64,000 nt of DNA from Nemertoderma westbladi (lineage: Eukaryota; Animalia; Xenacoelomorpha). Both the position numbers and the translations under genes were made by a program. Below the pieces are notes generated by a model. The model had not been told where the DNA came from. It made no database searches and was given only the letters and a program-made list of their open reading frames with translations. Shown here one piece after another: positions 60,855-64,000 of this stretch. The stretch covers positions 56,392-120,391 of the forward strand of contig JAUCBJ010003832.1 of assembly GCA_032718475.1 (NCBI GenBank), in the 5' to 3' direction. How positions within the stretch are numbered: the stretch's first letter is position 1; the number at the start of each line of letters is the position of its first letter.

Positions 60855-62868
60855 TTATTCTTTACTGTTCTCTACTTCGCTATGTGTAATAGTTTCCGTC
60901 AGTGGATTAAAGCTAGATAAATCCATTCCAGAATATGTTGCTGGGTTATTTTGTAGATTGCCAACATGTTTGCGAGGTTCCTTTTTAATGGTGTCTGCTG
61001 CATCAATTATTTTGATTAATATAAGTGTGTGATTCCCCAATTAAGGTTTCTGGTGGTACATCCATCATTTCGCTATTAATATACGCGTGAGGTTCCTCCT
61101 TAGAAGTATCGGATTCGCTGTTTCTCTGAGTAGACTGGCCGAGTTGATTGTCTGTGTAGGAACTGGTATCTACTTGGGTGTCACTATATAGCGCGGATCC
61201 CTGCGCAAATATATTATTGGGTCTTAAACTCCCAAAAGTTGGATAATCATAGACCCTTGTAGGGTTATCAGGGCAGAAGTCACCAGTTCCAGGTGGTGCC
61301 TCAATGCCAATGGGTAACATTTCAGAACCATCTGAGGGAGTAATTACATTATTAGTGGAACCATATACATCATATTCGTCAATAATTGCATTTACTCTCC
61401 CTTTTTCTTTTGAAATATTATTGACATTTTGACTTGGTTTCCTATTTCTCCTAAAAATGTACAAGAGAAGTACAATGACTATAATGAGTAAAACTCCGCC
61501 GATAGCGCCAACAATAGCCCCGATAACCAACGCCGTTGAAGAGATTCCCCCTACTTCAGGACAGTGTCCCGTTTCCGATGTTGGATTAGGCCTACTTGTT
61601 ATTTGATAAGATGTAGTAGATATTTCTGTGGTTTCTTTAGATGTTTCTGTTGATGGATATATCACGTTACCTGTAGTTGTAGTTGTTGGTACTGTTACCT
61701 TTACACTGTTACTAGTTGCTATAATCCCAGACATTGATAAACTAGAGTTCACTTCGTACCAATAGGAGGCGCTGTCATCGACTCCAACTGTAAATAATAA
61801 ACCCGCATTGTTTCCAATTAATTCTCTCTCAGTTTCTGAGTTGCTCCTAAACCAGGAAATATAATTAACAGGCCAACCCGGTGTGAAACTGCTTTGTAAA
61901 TCCAATTTATCAGTTTCTTCCATAAATATATCGTGATCCATTGGTTGACCGTTGCTGTCTGTAATAGTTAGATTGGTCGCCTTATAGTTAGCCACTAAGG
62001 TTACACTACATGTCTGGGTAGATGCCTTGTTTGTCGCCTTGCAAGTCATAAGGACAGTTTTATTTTCATATATAAATTGTTCGTCGGTGTCAGTCAGTTT
62101 ATAAACTAGTATATCAATATCAGTCGTTTCTGTACTTTTAGGTTCACCAACTACCGTATCTCCAATATGATTGGACCAATAAAATTCCCCGTTGTTAGGG
62201 AATTCAGCTTCAGTAGGAGAAGGCAACCAATCGCTTGCTCTACATACCATAAAAGGCAATAATTCACCTTTAGCTAATTTACCAGAATCAGGATCGTATT
62301 CTAAGTTACATGGTGAATGGTCATGTAATATGGTCTCTCTGAAGTCGGCGTGTCGTTTTTTCTCAAACTTTAATGTTGAATGGTGGTAGTTATTATTTAT
62401 GATACATCCACATTGAAGGGATGAGCTCCGGACTCTCGCATGGCGGTATGGTGATGTTAGACACCGTCCGTGTCACATGGACCGCCAGGTTGGTGCTCCC
62501 TTATGCGGCAACGATAATCCCAGGTGTCCCAGTGTGAACTAACGGCGAATCCAGGAAGACTATTTACATTAAACGTCGCTGTGTGTTCAGTAAAGTCTCA
62601 GTTCCACAGAACCTCGTTCTAGGTCGGAGCTACCAGAACCTGTATCGTCTCTACGAAATATTTGCATAAAATTCGCATCGTTTTTAAAAACGTCTAAAGA
62701 AATGTCTATAACCTTTTGTGAATCAGAATTTATTTCTTCGGCAGTACAAACCAGTTGCAATCTATCATCTGCAATTAAACAATCTCTTTCCGATGGTAGA
62801 ATCTTTACCATTCCACTGCACTCAGGAATAATAAGTACCAGTAGTTGTATTGCCACTATTAACTTCAT
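60855..62868 (-). pseudogene. Frameshifted paralog of the Ig-like receptor (copy B); pseudogene or assembly indels
   Basis: Aligns with copy A from the signal peptide (ATG at 62868) to PNPTSET; indels near 62597 (+1), 62478 (-2) and 62432 (+1), and probably near 61010; long open frame 61003-62430 includes a TM helix and tail. Confidence 0.8.
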
Positions 62869-63120
62869 GGTGATGATTATTATATTATTATTATTTGTCA
62901 GTCGGTTAACCAACACAAAATAACATTAGTCAAATGTACGAACCCCAAAGCTGCTAGTCTACAAACTATAACAGAATGCTCCAAACACGAATACAAACCA
63001 CCCACATCAGGAATGTTTTGAATAATGCAAAAAAAATATTTATTAATTTCACAATAAAATAAACAACCACGACCGTAACACGTTCACACCTTCACAATTC
63101 CCAATAAGGCAATGAACCTT

Positions 63121-63229
63121 GGAAATCCCCAATTCATAATCCTTTCTATCAGTAACATTTTGTACACAGTAACAATACCTCCTCAAAAACTCATATTGCA
63201 ACTTGTATAAACTGTTCGAACGCGGAAGT
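63121..63229 (-). promoter_or_regulatory. kB consensus (GGGGATTTCC) and ETS-core (CGGAAGT) motifs upstream of receptor B
   Basis: ggaaatcccc at 63121-63130 matches GGGRNNYYCC on the minus strand; cggaagt at 63223-63229. Confidence 0.5.
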
Positions 63230-64000
63230 TAGTGATTTTCAGTAATGATTAATGTTTTATTATATTCACCCGACCTCTAAATGATAGTGAATGTCGGTAG
63301 GATTATGGTAGTAATGCCACAAATATTTGGCACAGACCTACTGTAATATCAAAACACGGGGATGATTGAATGGTTGAATTCATTGTATCTAAAACGAATT
63401 TAATTGTTAAAAAAAATACCGTTACTGCAGTTTATTTAATATAACAATGTCGCATTATATTGCTAATATAATATAGATATGGGGCGAGCCGTGCATTGTG
63501 TTGTGACATGTAGAGTTAATGATATCACAAGTTGGGATTTCGGTCGATACCCACATTATTATGAATTTACATACATAATTATATTCTGTTCCAGTTGATA
63601 TCCCGGTTCAATACTAGGAGCGGGCTCCATGTAGTTCCGTTAATATTAAAGTGTACGTGTTAGTACATTAGACGCCAATGTTAATTAACTAAGTACTGAG
63701 TTAATTTATTATAGCTGTGAAGCCGCTACAGGTTGTTAAGACATGCCTACCTAACTACTGTTAATCAATATTACCTATTTCCTATTGTTCTATACAGGAT
63801 ATCGATACATCATAAATACATCGACGATCTACTGATCTACCGAAATACATCGAGACATCTATACATAGACTCCATGCATATCGCCCTCTTATATACTCAG
63901 TTTAAGAGACAGGGGGGGGGGGGGGGGGTGGGGGGACTGGACGCAAAACCCGTCTTGGCGAATTAATATCCCGCCTCAATGTTAAATTCTCAATTTAGGG

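Overview
AT-rich, intron-containing animal (invertebrate-type) genomic DNA, not prokaryotic. Gene models were spliced by hand. (1) A KCNQ/Kv7 potassium channel gene on + with 11 coding exons (2897-35804, at least 817 aa, true 5' end not identified). (2) Nested antisense in its 13.2-kb first visible intron, a 4-exon, 164-aa single-pass membrane protein gene with a signal peptide, a C*C*CC*CC (Shisa-like/STMC6) domain and a 12-nt microexon; the ORF track shows only pieces of it. (3) Convergent with KCNQ, a calmodulin-like 4-EF-hand gene with an approximately 195-aa acidic E/D-A-P repeat tail. (4) An intronless NIPP1/PPP1R8 whose RVxF motif reads GVDF, divergently oriented to a 2-exon CAPZB. (5) Two tandem intronless Ig-like type I receptors with near-identical ectodomains, different Tyr-rich tails and shared kB/ETS-like upstream motifs; the second copy is frameshifted. 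Introns and intergenic DNA carry minisatellites, MITEs/foldbacks, a TTAA-flanked non-autonomous transposon, a tRNA-derived SINE and LINE fragments. No database searches were run; family assignments rest on motifs recalled from known proteins.
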